The notes under the pieces: model-generated
The model's input: only the letters and a program-made list of their open reading frames with translations
Databases searched by the model: none
What the model was told of the DNA's origin: nothing
Translations under genes and position numbers: made by a program
Assembly (NCBI RefSeq): GCF_036321535.1
Contig: NC_087436.1
Location: forward strand, 65,474,001-65,538,000
Reading direction: 5' to 3'
DNA length: 64,000 bases
DNA from: Camelus dromedarius
Taxonomy: Eukaryota
Shown here: piece by piece, positions 39,420 to 51,230 of the stretch
How positions within the stretch are numbered: the stretch's first letter is position 1
Layout: the number at the start of each line of letters is the position of its first letter

Positions 39420-40300
39420 TATGTAAGTGAGACAGCCATCTCTCCACCAAAATAATTTCTCCCCTTCACTCATATTACTAGTAGTACTAGTCCCATGGTT
39501 GTTCTGTGACACTATATGGAATCTTTTAGTTATATAAAGCTGCTAAAGAAAACTTATTCTGACACTTGTTAAAATGGTAAGGAAGACATTATTCAAGTCC
39601 ACTGCAATAGTATACAATAGGGGAGAGAAACTGGGTTCAATTCTGAATATGAGGACAATGGGGATTTATAACCAAGAAGCAGGATGAGGGGGGTCAATGG
39701 ATAGAAAATTACTAAGCGGAGACATCAAAGGTAGGGGGATTGTTGCTAATCTGACCCATAAAGACAGGCCAAGCACTTAGCAAAGGTTGGGGATGAAGAA
39801 TTTAATCAGATATCAAAGGTAGCAGATATCAAGAGTGGGAGAATTCCCATTAAACTGACTTAGCAAGATTCTTATTAAGACTGGGTTAGGCAGAAGACAA
39901 GACACAGCCTAATCAATTTTGGCAGAGGACAGAGTTTTTGTCAAAGCCAAATGGCCATGTTATCTCCCATGGGAGGTAAATAAAAGTGATTTGTATAACT
40001 TCCAGGGACAGATCCCTAGGAATAAACCACTCTTTCTGCATGGCCTCTTCCTTCTTCTCTTAAGCCACAGTATAGTTGTGCATTGTGACCTAGCTTCAAC
40101 AATGCAGATAATGATGTTGTTCTATGAGCTGACCATAAAACAAACAAACAAACAAAAACCAAAAACAAACCATCAAAAACAAAAAAAGAAAGGAATCTTA
40201 GCTTTCTGAATCTTAACATGGAAAAGAAACATTCTGTAGTCTACAATAAAATTCCATCTTACTGAATTTTTCTATTTCGGGTCTCCAGTTAGAGCAGATC
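39420..40300 (+). mobile_element. Old MLT1 LTR split by a MER31-like LTR
   Basis: MLT1-like halves at 39420-39540 and 39948-40300. Confidence 0.5.
39541..39943 (-). mobile_element. MER31-like ERV1 solo LTR
   Basis: TG...CA termini, exact 4-bp TSD AAGC (39537-39540, 39944-39947). Confidence 0.8.
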
Positions 40301-40714
40301 AACTTGTTGGAATGGAGACTGCCCATCAATAATACAAAATATGATCCACTGGCTTAGTAATTTAAAGCCAGGAAAGAGGAAGCAGAAATTACAGGTGGAA
40401 TAATTATCACTTACAAGAACTAGGAAGGTAATCCTACCAAGCCAGTAGCTTTAGGGAAATGGTTGAAATAACCAGCTATTAGCATAATGGCAGTCAGAAG
40501 GCATTACAATAAATAAATAAATTTCAGCAAATTACAAAGAGAGACGAAAGAACAGATCTCGAGATTAGAAGACTCAAAGGTTTGAGAAGTCCAGTTCTCC
40601 AGGATCCCAAATGTGGGAGATTAGAATGATGACTCCTACTAGCCTTTTTCTAATCATATTTTTTTTAGATGAACTGAAGTTAATGATCTTTAATATGAGA
40701 AAAAGGAATAGGGG

Positions 40715-41160
40715 TTTGGTATTTCTCTTCCTGTGCTACAAGCCACCCCAAAACTTAGTAGCTTAAAACAACAATGATTTATTATTATTCATTATTCTGT
40801 GGGATACCTGGGATCATATGAGCCATTCTTTTCTTCAAGGGTAGGAAAAGTCACTCATGTAGTTGCATACAGCTGGCTGGAATTGGGACATCCAAGAAGG
40901 CCTCTACTTTTTAGGATCTAAATCCATATGGCCTCTTATCATTGAGTACTCTAGCTTGAGCTTATCACATTTGAATTCTAAGAAGTACATTCCAAGGTAT
41001 TAAGCCTCAATGTATAAGCACTTACCAGTTCTCTGAAATACACTTGTTAATGCCTCTATGTCCAAAGAGTGTCACATGATCAGAACCAGGGTGTATGTGA
41101 AAGGACTACACAATGGTATATATACCATGAACTGTATTTCACTGTGGGCTACCTTACATA
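40715..41160 (-). mobile_element. MLT1 solo LTR
   Basis: caagccaccccaaaacttagtagcttaaaacaacaatgatttatt...gtcacatgatcag. Confidence 0.75.
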
Positions 41161-43149
41161 GGAAGAGCTAGTATGAAAAGTAACAAGGTAGATGTAAAAA
41201 TGATGTATGGAAAATAACATGGCGAATAATCACCAGTACATGGAACAGGCTGGAAGCAAAGACACTATGAGCTTCCCAAGTTCCTAAAGAAAATATTACT
41301 CCTGAGAAAACATGAGTATGTCTTGCAAAAACCAAAAATAACTATTAGAGTACCACATTTTCACTAGCAGGAAGCAGTGTACAAAAGTTATATGGTCCCA
41401 AATAATTTATACCCCATAGTGTCTACTTTGGTTATTTTCAAGGAGGAATTAGACAAAGGAAAAGGCAAGATATGGATTGGAATTTTCTTCCTTATTTCCT
41501 ACTTTCCTTTCTTTCTTCCATCTTTCCTTCATTTCCTTTAAGAAAGGTGAATATAGTTTTTCTTTAGAAAATTAATATAAAGTCATAAGCTAATTGAATA
41601 AATTCCAGAATGAATGTATTTTTAGCATCCATGGAATGCTACAAGCAAAATCTAAATAAGGGTCTTAATAACTTGTCAGAAGTCTACTAACTGCACAAAT
41701 GTTTATGTAACTCTCCTAATTCTATGCTTCCATTTTAGGGATTAACAGAATTACTGAGAGAAATGTATGTTGTTAATTTTTAAAGCACATGGAGAAAACT
41801 AATTGTGTGCCATGAGGCCCAACATGGAGGAAAAATAATTTAGTACGGGTGTGAAAGCATCTCCTCAAATCATTAGATTCTGATGTAAAAATGTGTATGC
41901 AATATAAGTTTTACTTCTTTAATATATTCAGTTTAGAAGCTTTATTAAAAGCTTTTGTTAAAAAAAGGAGTAAATAATATATTTAAAGGCATATCAAATA
42001 TCCAATCAAGTGCATTGGAATTGATGTTGTAAAACATTAAATTATCGTCTTTCTTACTGAAGTATATTCTTTAAACTTATAATTTATGAAATTACAAAAG
42101 CTTACTCTAAAGATAATTATATTTTAAATTTCTGAAAATATTACACAGACAAAATGAGATTGTTTTCTCATACAAAGTTCTGAAGTCTGCTCTGTAGCTG
42201 GAGAACATGTAAAGGAAGGTGCTATAAGAACAGAAGATCTTGGCTTCTAAGAATAGTGAAACTGATTTTTTGGACTTCAAAGGAGAGTTCCTGGATAAGC
42301 AGAAGAGGAACACACACTATCTGAAATACTATCTTGGCTGTCAGGAGGATTTAGAAAAGCTCGCCATTGGGAAGGCCTATTTGAAAGTCTGCTGAAACAT
42401 CAGGTAAAGAGATACAACTTCTGAAGGCAGCACAGCAGGTCTTCCCATTGTAGCAAGCCCCACTTCTATGGAAGTAATTACATCTTCACTTGATTAATTT
42501 TCATTTAATTACACAATAAGATTTGATTTGTTTTCATTTATATCATTGGAGCATTTAGCTTGTTAAAAAAGTTGTGTCAGCAGTGAGCATATTTCTATCA
42601 CTATTTTTAATAAAAGTTAATTAATTTGCATTTTTACCTTAGGGTCAAATTACGCATCTGTTATGAAACCAATTATCTACAAGAGAATTCTACTAAAGTA
42701 TACTTCTAGGAAGTTTAATCATTCTTATTTATTTTAAATGAATATAACATATTAAAAGATGACAACAGAGAAAAGGAATTCCTTTGTGTAACAAACATCT
42801 TCCTTTTCTAATCTTATGCCCAAATATACACAAGAAGTTACACACATTCAATAATAGTTTCCTTGTAGTTTTGTATTCCTGAAAACAGCCATATGTATCT
42901 GTAGCTCTATTTAGTGAGAAATTTTTTCTTGAAAATCGTGTCTTTCATCTTGCACACCATTCACCATATTTCACTTAGCATTTACATAAATATCAATATC
43001 AATGTTTCTGTAGCTTGAATTAAAATATTTTTTGTTTAATCAACTGTTATAATTGAGAAATATTACCACTACTTCAAAAAGAGTAGAAAATAGAAAATAG
43101 TTCATTTTAATTCTTCCTTGAACAGTCCATGTGAATTGCACTACTGTTA

Positions 43150-44607
43150 AGACATTTCTAAGTCAGTTTCTAAGTGTAGGATTCTTGAGAGAAATAAACA
43201 CTAATATACATTACTCACTTAATTTTGGAAAATTTTCAGCAATTCTTACTTCAAATATTTCTTTTGCTTCATTTTCTTTTTTTTCCCCTCCTTTGGTTAT
43301 TCCAAATATTTGTACTTTACAACTTTTGTTAACCTATCTTCAAACTCACTTATGTTTTCCTTAGTTGTGCATAATCTTCTGGTTAGTCCATCAAAGATAT
43401 TTTGGAATAAAGTATTTCGTTCTGATTCTGTTTCAGAGATTCCATTTCTCTCCTTACAATACCCATCTGTTCTTATACACTATCTGACTTTTCTTTAGAA
43501 CCCTTAATACATTATTCATAATTACTATATACTCCCATTTTGACAGTTCCAAAAACCATGTCATGTTGGAGTGTAGGTCTGATGCCTGCTTTGTCTGTTC
43601 AGATTGTTTTTTTCTGCCTTTAACATCGTCTAATTTCTTGTTGAAGCCAAACACAATGTATCAGGTAATAAAAACTGAGGTAAATAGGTCTCAGTGTGTT
43701 ATTTTATGTAAATCTTCCTGGAATTTGACAATATTAACTGATAATTATAGCTAAATGTGCCAGAGGTTTCAAAACCTCTAGTATGCTTGATTTTATCTGC
43801 TCTGTTGACTTTGGGCTTTCATAAGACTTCCTTATCAAATAGTGTCTGTGTCTTTCTGCTCTTTCAGCCATAATCCACTGTTATTACAGTGGTACCCTGT
43901 TGCTGTGGTGGTAAGGTGTGTGGGAATGAAATGTTCTATAATCTTATGAGTAAATTTCAGTGTTTTAGTTAGGTTTGTCTCTCGGCTTCTGGGCTATTAT
44001 TTTCACAAGTGTTTTATCTCTCTCTATGTATTTTTTTTCATTTCAGTGATGAAGGAAAGATAGAGGACACTAGACTCAGGTAACTGCCCTTAGTTTACAT
44101 GTAATAAGGCTCTGTTAAAGTATTTCACCTTAGATAATTTTTTATGAAGAGTTCTCTGGGCTTATTTCAGTATGGATAGTTTTTCCCATATTTTACCAGA
44201 GCCCCTGGGGAATCATTCCTAGCTATTAACAGTTGAGAACTTTGTGGAATTCCTGAAGGTTAAACCTATGAAAGTGTAGGTGCCTCTAAGACTGAAGCTC
44301 CCAACAGTATCTCACTCTCAATCTAATCCAAAATCAGCCTCCAGCAGTTTGTCAGGATTACCATTTAAGTATTCTTACTCATTTATGGCTCCAAATGAGG
44401 GAGTTTCTGTTTTAGGTAAGGCCTCGTCTATGACTCTCTTCATTTGCCTGTCTGTCCAGATTTTATGATGGTGATTTACTCTGCAATTCCAGTTCTCTAA
44501 TAAGTATAAGAAAAATTGTTATTTTTTATTTTGTTAACATTTATCTTTGTAATGATGGGAGTGGCAAGTTCTAAGTTCTTTACATATTGGAGCTGAAACT
44601 GGAAGTC
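43150..44607 (-). mobile_element. Old L1M 5' region
   Basis: ttttggaaaattttcagc..ttacttcaaatatt antisense ORF1-like; ends ggagctgaaactggaagt. Confidence 0.7.
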
Positions 44608-44639
44608 CAATTGTGTAGTTCTCAATTTTTAATTCATAA

Positions 44640-45390
44640 TAATACATCAAAATTAGCTAGACATAAGAGACACCATAACCAAAAACAAGTAGATTAAATA
44701 GAAAAAATAAAACCAAAAATCTATAGTAGACCCCCAAAACTAGATTCATCAAGAATGTGCTTTCAAATAACTATCCTTACTATGATGAAACAATTAAAAT
44801 AAGAGATTGATAATTTTATTACAAAAGCTGATTAGAGTTTTAATAGAAATCAAGAAATAATTATAAAGAACAAATAAAAATTATAGGAGTGAAGAATGTA
44901 ATAAATGAAGGTAAATTACTCAATGACTATGTTTAGCATTAGTTTTAAACTCTTGAAAAGTATGAACTGAGGACAAACAGAAAGAAAATGCAGAATGACA
45001 CTTGGAGAGAAGAAATGATAAAAAATAAAAAAGAAAGAAAGCATGGCAGTGAAGTGTATCTATGGTAAAAAGGCTTATATGTGCATTTTAAGTCCCAGAA
45101 GAAGATAAGAATTAATAAGACAGAAGCATTATTTAAATAATGGCTGAGAATTTTTCCATATTGAAAAATAAATTAATCTACATATTCAAGAAGACTTGCA
45201 AATCCCAAAGCAGTATATACCATATGCTCATAATAGAAAAACTACTGAAAACCAAAGACAAATTAATCAAATGTCTTAAAGTAGTCTGAGGAAAAAAAGT
45301 AAGATTATGTTTCACAAGAGCAACAGTAGAATTGTCTGTGACTTTTTGCAAAACAATATAGGCTCAAAGACAATGGTATTTAACTTCTGA
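44640..45390 (+). mobile_element. Old L1M ORF1 fragment
   Basis: agtcccagaagaagataag...aataatggctgagaatttttcc...ctgaaaaccaaagacaaa. Confidence 0.7.
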
Positions 45391-48300
45391 AAATTTTACT
45401 TGTAATATAACAATTGATAATGTTTTTCATGTTATATTTTTCTTCTTTGCAATTCTAGAAATACATTTTCTAGTTCACCAAAACAAAACATTAAAATCTT
45501 TATTATGAGGTCAAATAAAAAGATGATAAATAAATGGAAAGTATTTTTAATTTTTATTTTATAATTCAAATACGAAGGTATCCTTACAAAGTTCATGACC
45601 AACCACTTTAACTTTCATCTGATGTGTCAATATGATATTTAAAGTAACAACAAATTCTTTGGATCAACATTAAACAGGTATACTCTGTCCTTAAAATTGG
45701 GTAAAAATATACACTAAATCTACATACATATTTCAAGATAAACTGTGAAATACTAACACAAAAACTCACTGTTTTATGCAGAGATATTAAGTTAGGAACA
45801 ACCTTTTACTGAGTTGCTAAATGACATGAAGCACTGAAGGAAGCTCTGAATAGGCTGATCAGGTAGGAGAAGCTACCTCGTGTTTGTGATTTTACAGTTT
45901 ATTTTCATTTCATAGACCTTTAAAGACAATACATAACCTCTCACATTACTATAACTTCTCCCCAAGATTTAGAAGGTTATTTATTTTGAAACGGTAATTC
46001 AAATTTTCTAGAGTTGATAGTGTTATATTCTCTCTATTAGAGATGCAATAAGTTACAGAGGAAAACCCAAATCTGTGAACTAAGGGTAAGGTAGTTTACT
46101 CAAGCAATCTCTAAAGTTTCAACTTCATAATTACCCATACTAGGGCTATACTACGGGTAACACTATCCTGAAATATATATACACACTATATATACACACA
46201 CTCTTGCCTTTTACACATAAGGACAAATAAAGAATGCCTGCTATTCAAATAATTAAATGTTTCCAACAAAAGATTACTTATTGAAGGACTTGAGTGTCTG
46301 TATATCTGCCTCTGAGATTTGACTTAATTGTATTTTCCTTTCCTTCCTGAAGTTGTTTTGATTCCTTAAATAACCTAGTATATCTAAGAATTAGGGTAAT
46401 TAGTCCCTTTGATTTGATGACTCAGAATGGTTCATACAAATATAGATGAAGTAGAAAACTTTCCCTCTAATGTTTGTTCAACTAGAGATAAAATCTTGAG
46501 ACCAAGCATACTCATTGATGCCTTCAGAACCTGTTTCCTAAATCATGATGCCACCTTTGCAGTTTTGCATGTAATCTGACTAAGGAGCCAGAATTCTCTG
46601 AGGAGACAGTAACTTTAAACTGTCATGATAATCATTTACTTTGCCTAGAACAGTATATCTCAAAGCATGAACCACTTACCATCTATTTCAGAATATTAAA
46701 TGTGGGAGGGGGAAGATGCAGAACATGTATTCATTACAACTCTCCAAATAATTCTTATACACACTAAAATTTTAAGGCCTTTGGTCTTAGCACATTTCAG
46801 TGACTCTTTGGAATGTAATTCATTCTATCTGAAAGACTTTTTAACTTAAAACAACAGCCCAGATCTTTGTCAGTCTTGATAATCAACACGAGTCATGAGC
46901 TTCTGTGTCACAAGAAGGTAGAATATTGAATTGCTCTTATTACATTAGTGTTCATGTCTATGGTGTTTAAAGTTAGCCCCACATGCATTCATGGCACATG
47001 AAATGATTAACAATCTTTAATGCATCCTTCACATTCTGTTTTCTTAATCGTGGTAAGCATTATAATATCACTTTGGGTTTGAAACTACAGTCTTTGTTGT
47101 TAGAATTCTAACATAGTATTTTCATCTATAATTTTCCATTGGATAAATTTGACCTGGTTAGTAATAAATTCAGCTGCTGGACAGAAACATTTTCTAAAAA
47201 GAAGGAATTAGAAGAAACTACTGGTATTTTTCATTTCCTTCACATTTCCATTTTCACTTATAATGCTGTCCTATCCAACATACTGTTCCTTCTTAAATAC
47301 TAAAATCGGCTAATATTCTATCATCCCTTCTAGATGCTAAATAACACACTGCTTGCTAGCACCCCCACAGGTTAGCTTTACAGCAATTTCAATCACCAGG
47401 CTGCCTGGTCCAAATTTTTCCCCATTCTCGCTGGCTCTGGTGTCTATCTTCCCAGTAATACTCTTGGGTTGAGACTACAATCATTTTGACAGTCAATCTC
47501 TCAGTGAGATATAAATTGAGAAAACTGGATTCCCTTATAATATACTACACTTATCTTTAAAAACACATAGTTTCTCTTAAAAATTTCACATAAATTGCTA
47601 TTAAATTAAAATAGTTTACATTTAAAAGTCATTTTATCCACTGTTTTGCTCTTCATATATATACAAAAGCACATATAAATAATATATATAAAATCATTAC
47701 ATATCATTTGATAGAAGAGAATCAGTTTTCCCTTTAGATAATTTTATGATCATAATGCCAGGTACAGAGATGTGCTATATATAAGCTACATGCCTTTCTT
47801 TTTTGTTTTTGTAACTTGCTGTATCCTTATTTATGAGATGACATTTTTTTAATGCATTTAAATATTCTCGTAATAGAATGCCAGATATTTTTAATCTTCG
47901 TTCTAGATACACAAAGAGACAAAGTGTTTTCAGTAAATAATTTCCCATATTGTCACTCATCTCTGTCAATAATAATCACACATATAAGAAAAAAATTGTA
48001 ATCCGTATCTAATCTGGTATTCTGGCACAAAGTCATTAACCAGGATTATTGATGTATTTCTCATAATTATAAAATATTATGAATATTACAAATATTTTAA
48101 TCAAAATTGTTTTAAATTATGATTATTCTCTCCTGGTCTCCCTCTATCTAAAAATGAGTCTAAATGTATTTATTTCTTAATTCAAGAAGAATTTATGAAT
48201 GCCTAGTTTATATGATTTCCTTCAAAAGTAATAGTTTTAGGTTTCTGTAGAGGAACATCAGAGATTCTTCTTGCATTTATCAGTGATGACTGGCTAGTCA

Positions 48301-49074
48301 GCAGCCTGTTACTAGTACAATTTTAATTTCAAAGTAGACTAATAAGAGTTGACTGATGTCTGCCTGTGCACATTCTTAAGTGATAATCAGTATAGAATTA
48401 CTTGTCGGTAGAGGCTTATGTCATAAGCTGACTGTCTAAATGATGAATATATAATGAAATTAAACAGAATTGAAACAGATGGCTCTAACTTTTGATAAAT
48501 GTGCATATCTTCATAATTAGATAATAAGTCCGTTGCCTGGAAGATCAATTGGGACATAATAACTTTGAAAACTAAATCATTTCATTGTTTGGCATTTATG
48601 AGACATGGTAAAAAGCAAATTCCATTTTAATTTACTTAAAATATTGCTTATTGTCTTCCTAAGCACTTGATTAAAAATGGAAAAGCAGAAACTGTCATTT
48701 TGTATCCTTCTCTTATAAAATTATTCTGTTATATAGACTTTAGAAAATCATTTCAAAACAGAATTTTATCAATTAATGGCTTCTCCTGAATAAGAAAGAG
48801 GAAATAAAGCAGTTAAGGTATTCTAAGTCCAATACTGGGCATCAATGGGACAGAAAATGTTAATAACACTGTAAGATTTATCTGAAATTCCTTATTTCCT
48901 TTATATAAACATACTAAGTAAAAACAGATCATTATGCTTATTTTTCTGGGAAGAGACTTGGTATTTGATATATTCATATTTGTTTTTGTATACTTACTAA
49001 GCTTTTTAAAGTAAAATATACATACAAGAAGTAACATAAACCCTTTTTAAAAAGTTGGAATTAAGAATAACAGT

Positions 49075-51230
49075 AGTAAGATGACTGAATGACATACCTA
49101 GCTCATATCTCTCCCTCAACAAATATTTGGCATTCATTCATGGACAAAAGAGCCTTGGTGGGAGCTGTGGGATCCAGCACCATACTCCAAGGACCTCGGC
49201 AGGAGTCTCACACACCTCTGTCTCAGGTAATAGACAGACCATAGCCCCAGCTGTGGACTATGAAGTGGCCTGTGAACTGGCTCAACCCCATCTTGAGCAT
49301 GGTCTGGGAACCCCTGGAAAATACTGACTTAGAACATCACTCATGGATGACAGAGCCTTTGTGGAAGTCCACGATTCCAGCAGAGAAGTTTCAGCACATT
49401 GGTGAAGGGGAAAAGAAAATCTACAATTAGACACATTGGAGACCATGAGGAAATCTGTGACATTCTGTGACTCCCCTCCACCAAACTGACATAAATCAGT
49501 ACCAAGAAAGTCCTTCTTGGCCCTTGACTTCTCCTGTGGGAAAAAGCGAGAGCATGTGAGTGAGTGTCCTCTTTCCCCAGCTGTGCAGACAAAAGTGGCC
49601 CATCTCTCTCACCCTATCCAGAGGACTTAGTTGTGAGCTATAAACTGTGGAGGGGGGTGAGGGAAGAGGGTATTTTTACCGGCTGGGAGAACAGCATTCA
49701 GGGCTAGGAAGGCATGAAAGGGATGCAGATCCTACTAACCACATCACAGACTCCATCAGGAGGCTGGCCTATGACAGTGGATTCTTGTTTTCAGGACCAT
49801 GGACACCCACAGGGTTTTGTTTGCCTCATCTACCCATTCCTCAGCCACCTTGTGACTGGCTTCTTGTGTGCACTCCCAATGGCAGTGAGAGGGAACTGTG
49901 GCAAATGGCTAATGAGCACACATGGAAAGTCTGCCGGAATCTGTAATACCAAGGAGAGAGATCAAGCATTAGCACTGAGTGCTACCTTTGGGAATGTAAA
50001 GAGGAGACTGTCAGCATGCAGACTGACGTGTTGCAGGATCAGGAGAAAGCATAAAATCTTAAGTCTGCCACAAGAGGGAGCAGGAAAAGTGGAGCATGCT
50101 AGGCATAGAGGGTCTGAGCAAGCCTCAGAATTCCTAGCAGGGCTGATGGAAGGTAATTCTCTACCAAAGTCAGTCAGTAAAGACTGAAGGGGTGACTGCG
50201 ACTTCAAATGCAAAGACAGCACCACAAGACTTCAAGGAATATGAAAAATCAAGGAAATATCATGTCAGCAAATGATCACAATAATCTTCTAGTAACTAAT
50301 CCCAAAGACATGCAGATCTGAGATTTATCTGACAAAAAACTGAAAATAGCTGTTTTCAGGAAGCTCAACGAAATCAGGAAAAAAATACATGAACAAAATG
50401 AGAGGTTTAACAAAGAGACAGAAATCACAAACAGAACCAAAACAAAATTCTGAAGCTGAAGAATACAATGAATGAAATGAAACAATGCAATAAAGAACAT
50501 CAACATCAGATCAAGCATAAGGAAGAAACTGTGGAGTAAAGACACTTTTGAAATTATCCAGTCAGGGCATAAAGAAGAATCAAGAATGGAAAATTGTAAA
50601 GAAAGCCTATGAAAACTATGAAATACCATCAGAAGAAGAAATCTTCAAATTATTAGAGTCCCAGAAGAACAGGAGAAGGTGGGGTGGGGAAAGAAGGCTT
50701 TTTTAAAGAAATAATGACTGAGAACTTCTAAAATATTGGTAGAGATTTGGCCATCTGAGTTCATGAAGCTCATAGGTCTCCAAACAAATTCAACTTAAAA
50801 AGACCTTCTCCAAAATACATTATAATAAAGCTGTCAAATTTAAAGGCAAAGACTCATACCTGTCAGAATGGCTACCATCAAAAAGACAACAAATAACAAG
50901 TATTGGTAAGGATGTGGGGAAGAGGGAAGCCCTGTGCACTGTTGCAGGGATTGTTAATTGGCACAGCAGGATGGACAACAGTATCGAGGCTCCTCAAAAA
51001 AATTAAAAATAGACCTGTCATTTATATAGCAATTTCACTTCTGGATATTTACTTGAAGAAAACAACACTAATTCAAAAAGTTATATGCACTCAAATGTTT
51101 ACTGCATTATTTACAATAGCAAAAATATGGAAGCAATCTAAGTGTCTATCCATGAATGGAAAAATAAAGATGTGGTATGTATACACAATGGAATACTACT
51201 CTGTCATGAAAAAGTGTATTTAAAAAAAAA
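49075..51230 (+). mobile_element. L1MA/MB-like element: 5' UTR + partial ORF1 joined to the ORF2 C-terminal region
   Basis: GC-richer 5' UTR from aagatgactga; ORF1 MKNQGNIMS...KIAVFRKLNE from 50241; abrupt switch at ~50850 to ORF2 (..IAKIWKQSKC..MWYVYTMEYYS). Confidence 0.85.

Noticed and set aside
49714..50187. Longest ORF (157 aa)
   Set aside because: Lies in the GC-richer 5' UTR of a decayed L1; no recognisable protein features
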